Origin: Moniliella sp. 'wahieum'
Taxonomy: Eukaryota
Assembly: GCA_003971905.1 (NCBI GenBank)
Contig: RSEE01000008.1
Coordinates: forward strand, 62,001 to 126,000
DNA: 64,000 bases
Direction: 5' to 3'
A program made the position numbers and the translations under genes. The notes beneath the pieces are model-generated. The model saw only the letters and a list, made by a program, of their open reading frames with translations. It made no database searches and had not been told where the DNA came from. Below, piece by piece: positions 46,831 through 60,092 of this stretch. How positions within the stretch are numbered: the first letter of the stretch is position 1; the number at the start of each line of letters is the position of its first letter.

Positions 46831-49395
46831 CAATCGCCTGTCCAAGCACTGATGCTGATGCCACAGCAGACACGCACAGTGCCATGCGGCTGCCATTGGC
46901 ACCCTGGCCTTGCAGCTTTGGACGGCCAGCTGGACGGGTGTCTGGTGGATCCTTCCATAGTCCTTTGCCCGCACTCGGCAACCTTCGCCTTCTGCGCCCC
47001 CCTAATACATCCTCCCTACATGTCCGACGAGAACAGCACCCCCGAAGAATCCACCCCCGACCCACACGTCGAGCAGGGGGAGAAGGATGGGGTCGACCGA
47101 CTTGGGAATCAAGCCATCCTCCAGATGCGGCTCCAGCGTCATGTCCGACAGCGCCACCGTCTCCTCATCCCACCACGAACGGGAATGGTAATCGGTTTCG
47201 GCCCTTTCCCGCCTACTGCTCGCCTCTCCGGCGGCAGGAGAGGCAGGGTCGTACCCCAATCCTGCATTCGTCGAATCATATGGTGGTGGGGTGGAGGAGA
47301 GGCGCGGCACTTCCATGTCGGCCGTCGTGTCCCAGCGGTCAAAACAGGTCGCTACCAAGGCAGAGGTAGGCCGGCAGATGATTGAGAAGGGACCACTAGC
47401 CCAGGAACATGCGGCACAGACAACGTAGTTGTCGCGCCAGCAGACGGAGCCCAGGTTGTCATTGGAAAATGAAAGGCTGGCGATGGGTTTGGACTGGGCC
47501 GCCGAGTCTGTAACGCGAAAGAGATGCGGTTAGTGTGTCAGATACTTGGAACACGCGTTCTTCATCATCGCTTTGTTTTGGATCGGCACCGTCTCAAAAA
47601 TGGATAAACACTCACTGTGAACTGTCCTGGTGTATATTCTCTCTCAGAAGCAAGGGACTGCCGTGGTGAGTTTTCCCTTTCCGAATAAAGGAACCGGTCA
47701 CGCAAATCTATCAATGGAGACGCATCCATCATAGACGAGGGTTCGGACGGGGCAACGAGCTTGCGAAGGGGAACGCGCTCCACCGAAGAGTAATTCACAC
47801 CCCGCCCACGCCATGGCCTTGTAAGGAGGTATTAGGCAGGTCATCGGCATGGCTTTGCCAAGTTGTGCGCCCTCCCCGAGCGGCTGCATCAACCGAGTCC
47901 ACATCGTGCAAGACCGCTGTATGATGCGCATGAGATGGTACGGCTTTCTCCCTGCCCATTCCATCCATGAATGCGTCGGCAAGCACACGCTTTTGCCTGC
48001 CTTTCCTCCTCGGCTGCCTGGGATTGGACCGAACGCGACGAGTTTGAAGCAACCCCACAATATCTAGGTCGGGCGCAAGCGAACCCTGCTTGGGGGTGGT
48101 GGTGCGCTTCAGGACGTGCCCAGTTGTCTGGTGTCTTTCCAAGGGGGATCGATGTAGGTTGAGGCGTGTGTGGAAGCGAGCGCCCATTGGGAGCGAGTTG
48201 GTCAAAACTTGGGAATCTGACAGAGAAATCAGTGACCGCGAGCGAAAGGTGAGCAGGAAGAGGGGCGAAGAAAGTGAAGCATACCGCGCTGCGCTTGCCG
48301 TCGGCTTGGGTGGATGGGAAAGTGCACAGGCGCCCGGCCATACCCCGCCCTGTAAGCATGCCCACGATCAGCCGCCTCGGCTTCTTTCAAAGGCAAAAAG
48401 GAAAGAGTGAAGGGGAGGGGGTTCAAAGCTAACGCACGTGAGACTCCTCCTAGCTTCTTCCTGTTGCCCACCCTTGTGGAGAGGCACCCTCGGGTGGGTG
48501 ACTTTGGACGGAGCGACGGGCAAAGAAGAGTGCTGGGAATGGTGGGGCCTCGTTGCGGTCCGCTGCGGGTGCGCGTGCAGAGGAGTGAGGGGATGGGACG
48601 GACGTTGCTGGTGCTGCTGATGCTGCTGCTGTCGGTGCTTCCGGCGCTGCTCAAAATGAAACACGGCCTTGGGCTGAGGCGGCATTTTTCTGGTAGGGCC
48701 CGCTCCGTGCTAAACCGGGGGTGGTAATCAGGCGAGAGGGGGGCGGGAAGGAACGAGCCGGGAGGGGGAAGGGGAGGGGGAGGGTGGTCGTGAGTGGTTG
48801 TGGGTCGGTAATAGTGTGTGCACCAGGTAGTGTGTGCACCAGGTTAGTACTGACTAGGGGATTAGGGTGGCTATTCGGCGGGTTGCTTGCTATGCGCTTG
48901 AGCTTGAACGTTCAACTCGGCTTAATTTGCGGCTTGCTGGCTACGGCAGGGTCTGTCGCCGGACTTGCGGCATAATCGATCATCCGAATCGGACGCATCA
49001 CCCAGCCACGCCAGGGCACCTCCAGACAGCGCCAGGGTTAGGTGGGCGCATGACGCGTGAGGCCGTGAGGCGTGACACATCACGTGACGAGGGACTGTGG
49101 TGGCAGGTCGCGTGTCACATGTCAGCAATGATTAATGAGTGAACAGATTGGACGGTGCAACCTCGCATGAAACGTGAAACAATGAAAATGAAAGATGAAC
49201 AGTTCTTGCAGGTCGCAGGAATTTTGTTAGGGGGGGGGTCCAGCAAGCAGTGGCGCTGCCGGCACGTCGTCACGCGTCAAGGCTCTCCGGTCCGAAGGCG
49301 CTGACTTGGGCCGCCCAACCAGACGGCCCAAGAAGTTGCTCGGTTCGCTACCAACTTTCCTTCGGTAGCTGGCGCGCGCGTACAACACCCTCCAC

Positions 49396-50646
49396 ATGCC
49401 TCGCCTCCTCCCTTCTCTTTGCACATCCGCTCGGTGTTTCCCACACCTCGCCCGGCCTCCATCCCACCTCCCTCGCCGTGCCGTCTCCAGCGTCAGTACT
49501 CACAACGACAGCCGCCACTCCCCCAACCAAGATCCATCCATCCACACCATCACGCATCCACCAAATCGTGGCGGCCAATGTGAACATGATCGTGTGGGTG
49601 GTAGTGAAGAACCAAGTGACGGCCCCAGTGTGGTGGCAGCCACACCTTCTGAAGACGTGCACACCATGCCTGGCAAAGCGGTCAACCCATCGCCTCCGAT
49701 CCAGCATACAGGCGCTAGCCACCTTTTGCCCCTTTGTCCCTCCCTGATTCCATCACCGAGCAGTCCGCCTTCTTCTTCCACTTCTGTCCCATCCAACACT
49801 CGACCTCCACCCTTGTACAGCTACCTCACCGTCTTGAAGCGTGGCCGACTCCATGCACCCAAAGGCCACAGTCTCAATCTTTGGAACGTAAAGAAGGTAC
49901 CAACTTTGTCGTACCTGACCACGGCGGAAGCTGTGACAGAAGAACTTCGCTCTTTCAACTTGCTTGAACCGATTGGTTTTGATCTCGAGTGGAATCCCAA
50001 CTTTGTCAAGGGCCAGCCGGTGAATCCGGTGGCCTTGATCCAAATCGCTTCGCGCCAGCGCATCGTCCTAATCCAGCTCCCTCCGAGATCACCCCTGCCG
50101 CCTTCGTTGGTGGAACTCCTGGCGAATCCGGCCGTACTCAAAGTGGGTGTGGGCATCGACTATGATGTCAAGAAGTTGCTCCAGGACAATGGTGCGCGTG
50201 TGGAGGGTGCAGTGGACTTGTCCGCCATGGCGATCCGTCTGTTCCCTTCCCACTGGGAGACCGCAGAGGGTCTTCCAGCTGTCAGCCTCGCCCGTTTGAC
50301 TCAGCACTACCTTCAATCTCCGATGCGCAAGGGCAGGGTACGTCGCAGCACATGGTCCGCTACGCTGAAGTCCAACCAGCAAGAATACGCGGCGAACGAC
50401 GCATATGCTTCTCTAGAGATCCTGTACCGCTTTCTTTCTGCCATGGATCGCTCCACGCCAGACTCTTCCCGCGCCTCTCTCAGTCCATCCGAACAATCTG
50501 GTTATGGCACTGTCCAGAACCAACGTATCTTCCGCCTGATGCACACTTACTTTGCTGATCTCTTGACCCCGCTCACTCCGCCTCCCGATGCGGTGCCTTC
50601 CGATGACGCTATTTCTAATGTTGACCGGATTCAGACTGGAAGCTGA
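49396..50646 (+). CDS. DEDDy 3'-5' exonuclease, WRN-exo/EXD2-like
   Basis: Intact ORF; ExoI IGFDLEW, VALIQIAS, ExoII KVGVGIDYDVKKL, SLARL, ExoIII STWSATLKSNQQEYAANDAY. Confidence 0.9.
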   Translation: MPRLLPSLCTSARCFPHLARPPSHLPRRAVSSVSTHNDSRHSPNQDPSIHTITHPPNRGGQCEHDRVGGSEEPSDGPSVVAATPSEDVHTMPGKAVNPSPPIQHTGASHLLPLCPSLIPSPSSPPSSSTSVPSNTRPPPLYSYLTVLKRGRLHAPKGHSLNLWNVKKVPTLSYLTTAEAVTEELRSFNLLEPIGFDLEWNPNFVKGQPVNPVALIQIASRQRIVLIQLPPRSPLPPSLVELLANPAVLKVGVGIDYDVKKLLQDNGARVEGAVDLSAMAIRLFPSHWETAEGLPAVSLARLTQHYLQSPMRKGRVRRSTWSATLKSNQQEYAANDAYASLEILYRFLSAMDRSTPDSSRASLSPSEQSGYGTVQNQRIFRLMHTYFADLLTPLTPPPDAVPSDDAISNVDRIQTGS

Positions 50647-51513
50647 GGCAGGCTGCACTGCCGCGTACCCTGGCCAAGCTTGTGTGTGTGAGGCGGGATT
50701 GACATGGTCTCTCTCTCCACATGACTTTGGCTGTGCCCAGTACTGCCGTTTGGTGGCCTCTCTCCCCATCTACTTCGCATGTCTCAATTTTTCCCCTTGC
50801 TGGTATTAGTGGACGCGTGGTAGGAGTCTCCTGCATGCGACAACACGCGGTCTGTAGCTGGGAAATCACTAGCGTAGGGAGGCTAGTCACTAGTCTGGGA
50901 TCATTTGGTCTCCCCCCCCTTGGCATGGCCGTGAATGTGGCCCAAGCGGGTATGCGGGGGTATTGGTTTCGACACAAGGCATAAGAGGACACAGCGGATA
51001 CCACAAAGGAACCTCCGAGGGAATCGGTGGGCATAGGACGTGATCTGTTTAGGCTGCCCTTTGCCTTGAGCGCAACCATTCCTTGCCGCGGATCGCACAC
51101 CAATGAGCAGGAAGGGTATTTTTGCCAAGGGAGATGCAGCGTTCGTACTCGGTAATACTTCTTGACATCTTTCGGGCGTGGACCTCCTGTGAGCGCTTTG
51201 ATGGTGCGTGAGGCCTGGGAGGAGGGGGGCGAGAGCTACGTGAACATCCCGCTCTCCCTGCTGGCTGGGCTGGGCAGCGACATGGGGTCGGATCAATGTG
51301 TTTCCATGGGGATGCAGGATGGCGTATACGCGCCGTGGCGGGAGGGACTCAACGCACTGCTCTTGCCGCCGATGGGGCTCATCACGTGCACAGACCTCTG
51401 CCCAGGCAGTTTTGAAAGATTGGAGGTTGAATTGGAGTATCTGCCCATACTATTTGCCCCAGCGACCCCCACACCGACACGCACCACTCCGCTACGTCTG
51501 CCTGTCGGGCCCA

Positions 51514-53365
51514 ATGCGCTGCGCCCAAGTGCGCCACCAGGGCCAGCTGTACCATGTTTCCTACGACGCTGCCCAGCCACTGCCTGTCTTCCAGCACGCC
51601 GTCTTCACCGCCACTGGCGTGGCCGTCGAGCGGCAGAAGCTGCTGGCCAAGGGCCGGCTTCTAAAGGATATGAGTGCTTTGGCGGCGCCCCACCCCCCGC
51701 CGCCCCTGCTGCTGGTTGGCACATCCAGCCCGCTTCCACCGCGCCTCCACCGGCACTCACGACGACTGGTATGAAGGACGACGCAGACGCCCCGATGACC
51801 GAGGAGGCCGCCTTTGATCCCTCCCGCACAGGCCTGGTCAACTTGGGCCATACGTGCTACCTTAACTCCACCTTGCAGGTCTTGCGCGCGATCGCAGAGC
51901 TGCAGACCGCTTTGAACCTGGCCCAACTCGAGGGCAAGGACAGTCCCGATGTCTCCTGGCCTGCGGCCTGCGTGACTTGTACCAACGCATGAACAGCCAG
52001 CCAGATGCCATTCCCCTTCTGCCTTTCTTGCGGTCAGTCCACCGCTGTCCTCCTTCTCTTGTTCTAATGGGCCCGACTGACTTTTGGTCCTTGACGGGGG
52101 TCTGCATCGTACCAGGCGCTGCGCACTTTGGCTCCTCAGTTTTCCGAGCGAGCACCAGAGTCGCAAGGGGGCGAGTACCTCCCCAAGACGCGTCCGAAGT
52201 CTGGGCGGTGACGATGGCCGCACTGGAATCCAGCTTGCCTGCTTTGGTCGTTGGCGAGACCGGGGAGAAGACGGCAAGCGCTCATCCCGTCACCCCGACC
52301 CACACTTTGTCTCTCAGTTCTTAACCGGTCGCTTGGTTGTGACTCGATCGTGCCTCCAAGCGCCCGAAGAAGCGCCGAGCCAAAGCGAGGAAGCATTTAC
52401 GCTGCTCCCATGCCCCATCACCGGGGATACCAAGGAGCTGATGCAAGCTATCCTCGCTGGCTTGAGCCAAGAGATTGAGAAGCAAGTCCCTCTCTTGGTC
52501 GGACAGTGCCGTATGAGGAGTGTAGTCGAATTGCCCGCTTGCCCGCCTACCTCCCCATCCACCTGAATCGCTTTTATTGGCGGCGGGAGGTGGGACAGAA
52601 AACTAAGATTGTGCGTAAAGTCCAGTTCCCTCTCAACCTGGATACCTGGCCCTTGCTCAGCGACGATCTCCGACGTCGCACCCGGCCCGCGGCCACAACG
52701 TTGCGCCAAATTGAATGGGACCGACGCGAACGTGCGCTGGACCAGACCAGGGCACGCGCACGCCTCCATCGCCGTCAGCTGGCCCTGCGCTCGTGGGACG
52801 AGGAGCGGGATGGCACTTTGCCCAGTCCCGACGAATGGGACACCGCGGCCGGCCTGCCTGCCACAGCGCTTCTCACCCACAACAAGAGCAACAGCTACGG
52901 GAGCAGGAACGACTCGCTTTCCGTGCCAGTCTCGATCCCGACCTGGCAGCCGACATAGGGTGCAACCCTACAGGACTCTACGAACTCCTGGGCCTCGTGA
53001 CGCATAAGGGTGGGGCGACGGAGGACGGGCATTATGGGGTGGGTCAGGCAGGACCCCCAGCAGGACAGCCAGCAGGTCCCCCAGCAGGACAGCCAGCAGG
53101 TCCCCCAGCAGGACAGCCAGCAGGTCCCCCAGGACAGCCAGCAGGTCCCCAGCAGGACAGCCAGCAGGTCCCCCAGCAGGACAGCCAGCAGGTCCCCCAG
53201 CAGGACATCCAGTCGGGTCAGTCGAGCCAGCCATCCAAATGGTACCGCTTCAACGACCAGACGGTCGACGAGTTCTCGCAAGACGCGATTGTTGATCTGG
53301 AGGGTGGCACGACAGGCAACTCTCTGGCCTACATCTTACTGTATCGGCGCAAGACACTAGAATGA
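51514..53365 (+). CDS. UBP6: Proteasome-associated deubiquitinase Ubp6/USP14
   Basis: N-terminal Ubl (TGVAVERQKLLAKG), Cys box GLVNLGHTCYLNSTLQ, QDASE, IARLPAYL..RFYWRRE..KTKIVRKVQFP, GCNPTGLYEL..THKG..GHY, WYRFND, LEGG..AYILLYR; multiple frameshifts. Confidence 0.88.
53058..53207 (+). repeat. 24-bp coding minisatellite (CAGCAGGACAGCCAGCAGGTCCCC, QQDSQQVP), ~6 copies
   Basis: Read directly, between the GHY and WYRFND motifs of Ubp6; one unit is shortened. Confidence 0.93.
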
Positions 53366-53655
53366 CGACGAACGGGCATCCTTGTTAATGAGCTGCGCGT
53401 AGTCAGTAGACACGGGAACGGCACAGCGGCTGACAACAAAAGCCATTAGGCGTCTGTCCTATACGCTCAGTCTGTAGCCAGCCCTTTTCTATACACCACG
53501 TCTTCGGCATTGCGCGGTTCCCCCAGTTGAGAAAGTCCAGCTACCTCAGTCGATTCCAGCGGAGGAAGGCACCATAGGACCAGAGCACGAAGCAACGGCA
53601 CCAGGGAGAAATAGCAGTGCAGGAAAGAGTTAGGAGAGACTGCACATTTGGGCCG

Positions 53656-56070
53656 CTAACGCGAAGTGTGGTGCGCAGACAAGGCGTTGTTCGCATGCGA
53701 CAGCTCAGCATGCGATGGCCCCATCGAGTCGCGCATGTTGGCCGCAGCAGCCCGAGCTGCCAAAGCAGCCGCGGCGCCCGGGGTAGAGGCACCACTCATC
53801 GTACCGCGGCGAGAGTAAGCCGGCTTGACGGCAATAGGGAAGCGGAACCGTTCCTCGTCCTCGTCCTCCGCTTCAGGTTGGCCAATGCTGCGCCAGAACT
53901 GGCTATGGCCCGACTCGCTTCGCGATAACGGCACCCCCTCCTCTCCACCGTTCCAGCCCATTTGGCCCAGCGAGTCGGTGAGCGTACCAAAGTCCCCTGG
54001 CGTGCGCAGCCCCGAGAACCGGGGCGAGCTGGGGACGCTCAACACCCCGTACCGCTCCAGCGAGTCCATCTCTGACCCCTCCTGTGCGCCCAGCTGGAAG
54101 AAAGGGTCGTCGTCATCGTCAAAGCTGTCTGGGTACGCGCGACGGAGAGCGAGTTGGCGTGCCTTGGCGTACTCCAGCCCCAACTTTTTCCAGTCGAGCA
54201 ATTCAGACAGACGCTCGGTGCGGTTGCGCTGGTTGATACGCTGGCGCCGAGTTTTGGTCACAAACGATGCCATCTTGTCCGTCAACATCTCCACCGATTC
54301 CTCCACACTCTTCTGGCGCCGATCCACAATGTAAATCCCATAATCCTCTGCATCCTCAATCATATCCTCCATAAAACACCCAAAGCCCGAAAGGTTGCTG
54401 GTGATGCTTGGGATCCCGAGCACAGCACACTCGGCCGGCGTGTACCCCCATGGTTCGTAGTACGAGGGGAATACACCCAGGTGGCATCCTCGGACAAAGT
54501 CCTCATAGTCCATCCCCAAGATGGGGTTGTTGGCATTGAGGAACTCGGGATGAAATATAACCTTCACCCGGTCCTCCGGTCGATTGAAGAGGTGTACGCG
54601 GCGAATCTGGCTTAGGATCGGGTCCTTGGCATCATCCACCATATTGTGGGTGACAACGGGGGGAACGTCGTGCGGCGCATGGCAAACAGACGCCGCTTGA
54701 GCGCAATCTTGTCCTTGTCATCCAACAAGGATTCCGGATCAATCTGCTCCAAGTTGGCCGACGCTGAGCCGGCAGAACGTGCAGTGCGCTCAAGCAACCG
54801 TTGTCCGATCCGTGTGCTAATCTGATCCACCGTCTCTTTGAGTGCCTTGGTCACCGCCTGACCTTTTAGCGCTTCGGTCGTATAGCTTGTGGTGGCCGCC
54901 GGCATAATAATAAACGCCACCACCGTCGTTTTGGACCCCGACGCTTTCAGTCGCCCATTGAGGCGAGCCAGCGACTCGATAAACATGTCCACACCCTTGT
55001 TCCGGAACTCGTACCGCCCCGCCGTGAACATGAGAATTGTGTTGTCCAGATCAAAGTCATAGTGGCCGTAAAAGTGGCCGCGAACAAACTCGTTGATCTT
55101 GGCTTTAGAAAGGGCATGCAAGTTTTGGAACTCGTGCATGGCCGAGTACTTTACCACATTGAGGCCGTTGGGCGTCACGCCATCTGGACGGCGCTTGAGG
55201 AGGTGCTCGGCTTCGTACGCCGTAATGTCACTGACAGTGGTAAATACATCGGCGCAGTGGGCCGCGCCGCGCTCGATGCAGTACCGATGGTAGATCCCCC
55301 GCTTGCCGGCTTCGGCATCCACATCAAAGTACTGCAAGTTGTTGTAAAAGTCTTCCGAGCCCGCACACAGATACCGACCGAGCAGCGTGGCGTGGGTAGT
55401 AAAGATAGTTGTCACGTCCAGCCTGCGCTTGCGGATGAGGGGGATGGCGAGGCCGGCCTGCCACTCGTGGAACTGGGCAATGATCGCATGTTGACGTTCG
55501 TGGAAGGCAAACTCGCCCAAGAACCAGGCGACAAGGTACCCCAAAAGCACCGTGTCGTTCGTCTCCTGGTCGTGCTGCGGCGTGGGAATCTGTGCCACGT
55601 GCCACAAATCTTGCTTCCACTCGTCCATCCTGTACGCGACCGAGGCCAGATCAAACAAGAGCACATGGGGGGTGCGATCAATCAGCCAGCGACCATACAG
55701 TAGTCGCACCCCGCGCTCCCGCATCGAGGCAATAGTCGCCTTCATGGCCGCATTGCTCGGCTCGGCTTCCTCCACCTCCATCGACGCACTCTTGTAGGAA
55801 AGGGGACCGAGCAAAGTGTATCGCCCCCCATTGTACTCTTGCTCCGTGATGGGCGCCTTGGTCTTGATAACGGTGTAGATGCCACCGACTGGGATGGGGG
55901 CGTAGGAACGTGCGGCCCAAGGCCACATTCAGGTCAGTCTGGCGAACACTCAGGATCACGGACGGGGGCAGGGGAGAAGGAACATAGGAACATACCCTTG
56001 TTGGCCACTTCCCAGGCGCACTCAAAGAGATGGGGGCGTGGACGTCCCGAGTAGGGCTGGACAAAGCCAT
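53656..56070 (-). CDS. GSY1: Glycogen synthase
   Basis: [99 protein letters not shown]; intron ~55892-55995. Confidence 0.95.
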
Positions 56071-57761
56071 GGACGCGAGCTACGTGCGAATGGAGGGTGG
56101 GAGACGGGGCAAATGATACGGATGCGTCGGAGAGTAAGTGGGGCACTGTGCGGCGGCGACCGACTGTGGACGTCGACTCTAGCTCCAGCACAGGTGCGGC
56201 CGGAGGGCGGAGCGGGCAGATAGATGGGGGGGGAAGGGCAGCGAGCCGGCCGGGCGGACTGGCAGACAGTGGGAGGCAGCCGCAGACAGACGCTCCTAAT
56301 CGGGCTGGGCCGGAGCGTGCCGGAGCAGGCTGCCCAGCACATGACATGATGTGTCACAGACGCCCGCCAGACGACGCAGGGAGCTCGTCGCGTTCATCAG
56401 CATGTCGGTGATGGATGATGTCGATGATGTCGATAACGCCGTATCTCGTATCGCTTCTGCATTCTGCAAATAGATTGACTATGATGTCATACATGCATGA
56501 TGCATGATGCATGATGGGTACCGCCAGGTGCTGCCGCCTGCTGCCGTTGTCTACACCGGACGCGTGACGGCTGACTGGATGGAGTGCTGAGAGGTGGCTA
56601 GATATCCAGGGATTGCCGAGTGCTGGGCGATATGGATACGACCCAGCAGCTCCTACATGCAGTGCGCCGCCCAGGTGATCTGTGCTCCCGAGTCTCCTCC
56701 AGCGGAGGCCAGAATGTGGCCCGCGCACATGCGAGTTGCCACACCAGTGCGTATATGTCGAGCGACTTGGGACTACTGTTACATGTTATAATAGAGTGAC
56801 TAGTGACTCGAGCCACAGCGTGTCACAGCTGTCCTCCGTGCCCCTCCCGCCTCTCCCGCCGTGACGCGTGACGCTGGTTCGCAAGCAGCAGTGAGGAGTG
56901 TTATAGGGGGTGGTCGGTGGGAGGAGCGCAACTGCGCCTATAAGGGGTGTTAGGTCGATGTGGTGGAGATGAAGCCCTGAGGGATCACTCTGAGGCCTAT
57001 GGCCGTGAAGAGCATGGAGTGAAAGAGGTGGATCTCGCTACTAGAGGGTGTGTGTTCATTGTGAGCCACAGAGAATGAAAGGATAACTTCATGCCCCCCC
57101 CCCCCCCCGCCCCTATGAATACGATCGGCATCCAAAGAGCAAGGTTGAACGTTGATGTCCCTCCTAATAAACTGCTTTCAGTTCCCCATGGGCGGTCATA
57201 TGTTTATTGCGTCCCGAAAGGTGGCCTCCGATAGAAGCGGAACACCTTTGGACCGCCCGGCGAAGGAGCCGCCGCTACGACTGGAGCAAGCCAATGCGGC
57301 GAGAAAGCCAAGTGCCAACAGAGGCGCACCCACCAACCTCTTCTCCGGACGAACAGCACACACCTTGGAGAGAGACTGCTATAGTGGCAAATAGCCGAGG
57401 CGGGCTTGGTTTCGGATGGATGAGCATTATCAACCCCATCCCTCTAGAAATACGCATGTTTTCTTGGCAGTCAGGTCACGTAGTATTCTCTCAGCTGTAC
57501 TCTTAGAGCGTTCTTGGTTCGCTTCTAGCTACCCGGAACACTCATGCGAGGACTTCCCGTGATCGACTTAGTGAGAGTACCATAGCGGTCCCATATATAC
57601 TCACACTTGTGCTGCTGGCGACCTACGGTGTTACATCCAAGGGAATGAGGGCGAAATGACATCTATTCACGACGTTCACACACGATTCGCGAACGTGCTA
57701 ACGCAGACCAGTTTATCTGTACGAGATCCCTGGGAGGAGCTCCTCGGCGTCGGTAGAGCGT

Positions 57762-59323
57762 TCAGATTTCATCGGCGTTTAGCTTCGGGAGCAGGAGCGA
57801 CCAATGCGGATACGAGCTCACCGCACTGTCTCCAATCCCCAGATTCCTCAGCAACACGTTCACGTACGAGGCGGCTTGGGGGGGTGGGTGTGCCCGCCAC
57901 CTCACAAGGTCGGCCTCCACCCGCTCCCAATTGACTTTGACTTCCCCCTGGGTCGTGCGGTTGTCCTTTGTGAAAACGCCACAGCGCACCATGGCCAAAT
58001 GGACAAGCACAAACTTTTCCACGGCGCATACCGGAAATTTGGGCCGGGGCCCGATGCGCATAGCCAACTTGTTCCAAGTATCGTCAAGGTAGTAGCTTAG
58101 TCCTAACAATAAGGTCATGTTCGACTTGTCGGATGAGGACTTATTCGATTGTGGTACTGCACGGGGGTCATAGGAGAGGTTAGCCGCGATCCTGGGCATT
58201 GTGGGAGATGAGGCGCACTCGATTCAGTAGATCATGCCGAAGAGTGTTCCAATGGGGGGTCAGGACCTTCTTGAGCTCAAGGAGAAAGTCGTTCAAAGGT
58301 CCCTTCTGGTTGAGGTCAAGAGGGATGCGTAGGAGCTGCCGATCCTCAGCACGCAGTAGGAAGCGCCGCACACGAGACCACAGGTAGGTATTGTTGGTAA
58401 TGGACACACCCGGGGCACACCACACCGCGATCGCGAGGGCAGAAACCCACGGCTTCAGGGATCGACGTTAGTCAGATAGCCAACAAGGAATCCGAAGAGG
58501 CCAACATACCTTGTTCACGTCCAAGAATGACCGGTAACGCTGCGGGGTCTTCATGGAAGCTGATATCAACTCCCGATGATTGGTCTCCATGCGATCTACC
58601 GCATAAAGCATCAAGCGCCTGACGTAGTCGACAGCCTCCACAACCATCCCGACCGTCGCAGGTTCGTCTAAATCTTGTTCGTCGAGCAAGCCCTCGTCGA
58701 GCATTGGGGGGAGGTCTGGAACTGCTTCTCCCCACGGGAACCGCTGGTGCGTTGCTCCGGGCGATGTGTCGTCCCCGTCCCGGATATAGTCGGCCACTCG
58801 AAACTGCGGCCCAGGATTGCCCGTCACGGTACCCAATGGCAAGTTCTCGGGAGTGTCTTGGTTGCGACGGTCTTGCTCCACACGCTCATCCGGAGCGCCG
58901 CGTGGGCCGTCCTGCGCTGGCAGGCCGCCGGCGTCACGGCCGCGGACACTTTGCGACGGAGCACTGGACACGCTGGGCTGCGCTGGGCTTGGCTTGGCCT
59001 CGGCCATGGTCGTGTTGTCTGCACTCGAGGGTGCTTCGGGTGGCCGGAGGTTGCTCGTACTCTGCGCCACCTCATCCAGGCGTGACAGAGCTCAATATCG
59101 CGATGTAACACGTTACTGATGTGCTTGCCTGCCCTCGCATGCTTGATCGCGTTCCCCTGGTGCATCGGTCGAACTGTGCAAGCTAGGCACTGGTACCACA
59201 TTGTTCCCCTCAGCTTCATTGGGTGCCAGACCGCGGTAAAAGGCACCTCAGATGCCCTCGTCCTCTCGTGCACACGCGCGAGCTGTTGCCATCCGTTGGC
59301 GTCCGAGAGTCGACGTAGAGGCA
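57762..59323 (-). CDS. Hypothetical protein with N-terminal C2H2/U1-like zinc finger (possibly transposon-associated)
   Basis: Chain of same-strand ORFs: WYQCLACTVRPMHQGNAIKHARAGKH; acidic linker; helical domain VEAVDYVRRLMLYAVDRMETNHRE; apparent GTATGT intron near 58509; further exons to 57762. No family recognised. Confidence 0.45.
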
Positions 59324-60092
59324 TGGCGGTGGTGACTTTTATATTAGTCACTGGGGATGGGTTAATTGTGGTGGTGGTGGTGGTGGTGGCGGGATAAGCT
59401 CTAAGCCAGCCAACGATACTATTCTTACAGAGACAGCAAACAGCCAGGCGCCAACGGCCCTGGCTGTCAGTAGCCCCTGGATACAGGGAGGGACAAGGAA
59501 ACAAAGGCAGTAAAAGGGAAAGAACACGAGCGATCCTATAGACCTGTTCAACGTTCACGGGGGAGCGATGGTCCTTGGTCGATGGCCCCTGGTCCAAACG
59601 CACGAACCACCCTGTGGCTCGTCATCGCGTCACGCGTCATAGGCCATCTCTATAGTCATATCATTTACAGGGCATAAGACTGGGGCAAAAATGCTGCGCC
59701 CAAACCGATCTGCGCATCAGGCCTTGGTTGTTGGTGCCAAATCCGCTTTTGGAAACCACAGGGGAACTGTTACCGTAGATCAGGACCCTCTGGGGCCCGC
59801 CATTGAGATTTCTTCCTTCCCCGGTGGGGTTGCCTTGCCTGTGTCCCATTTTCCATATGCAATCCAGCCTCTACTGCGCAGGCGAGCCCAGGGGACACGG
59901 CCTGGACGGATGGTTACCTGATGGTGGCGGTGGCGTAGTAAAAAACGAGTGAGCTGGCACCTGCCGATAAGGCGTCGGTGTGGGAGAGTCGAGGGTGAAG
60001 AAACGTTGTGGAGCGCTGCAACTTGAAACTTGGAGCAGGCCGAAGAAACGCGTCGCGTGCAATCCATCGACGCTGGCGCCGTGCCGGAGGCT

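Noticed and set aside
47002..48400. Chain of minus-strand ORFs with possible introns
   Set aside because: Could be a lineage-specific gene, but there is no motif or consistent gene model I can support.
53058..53207. CRISPR-like array
   Set aside because: Head-to-tail repeats with no unique spacers, inside a eukaryotic CDS; no cas genes in the window.
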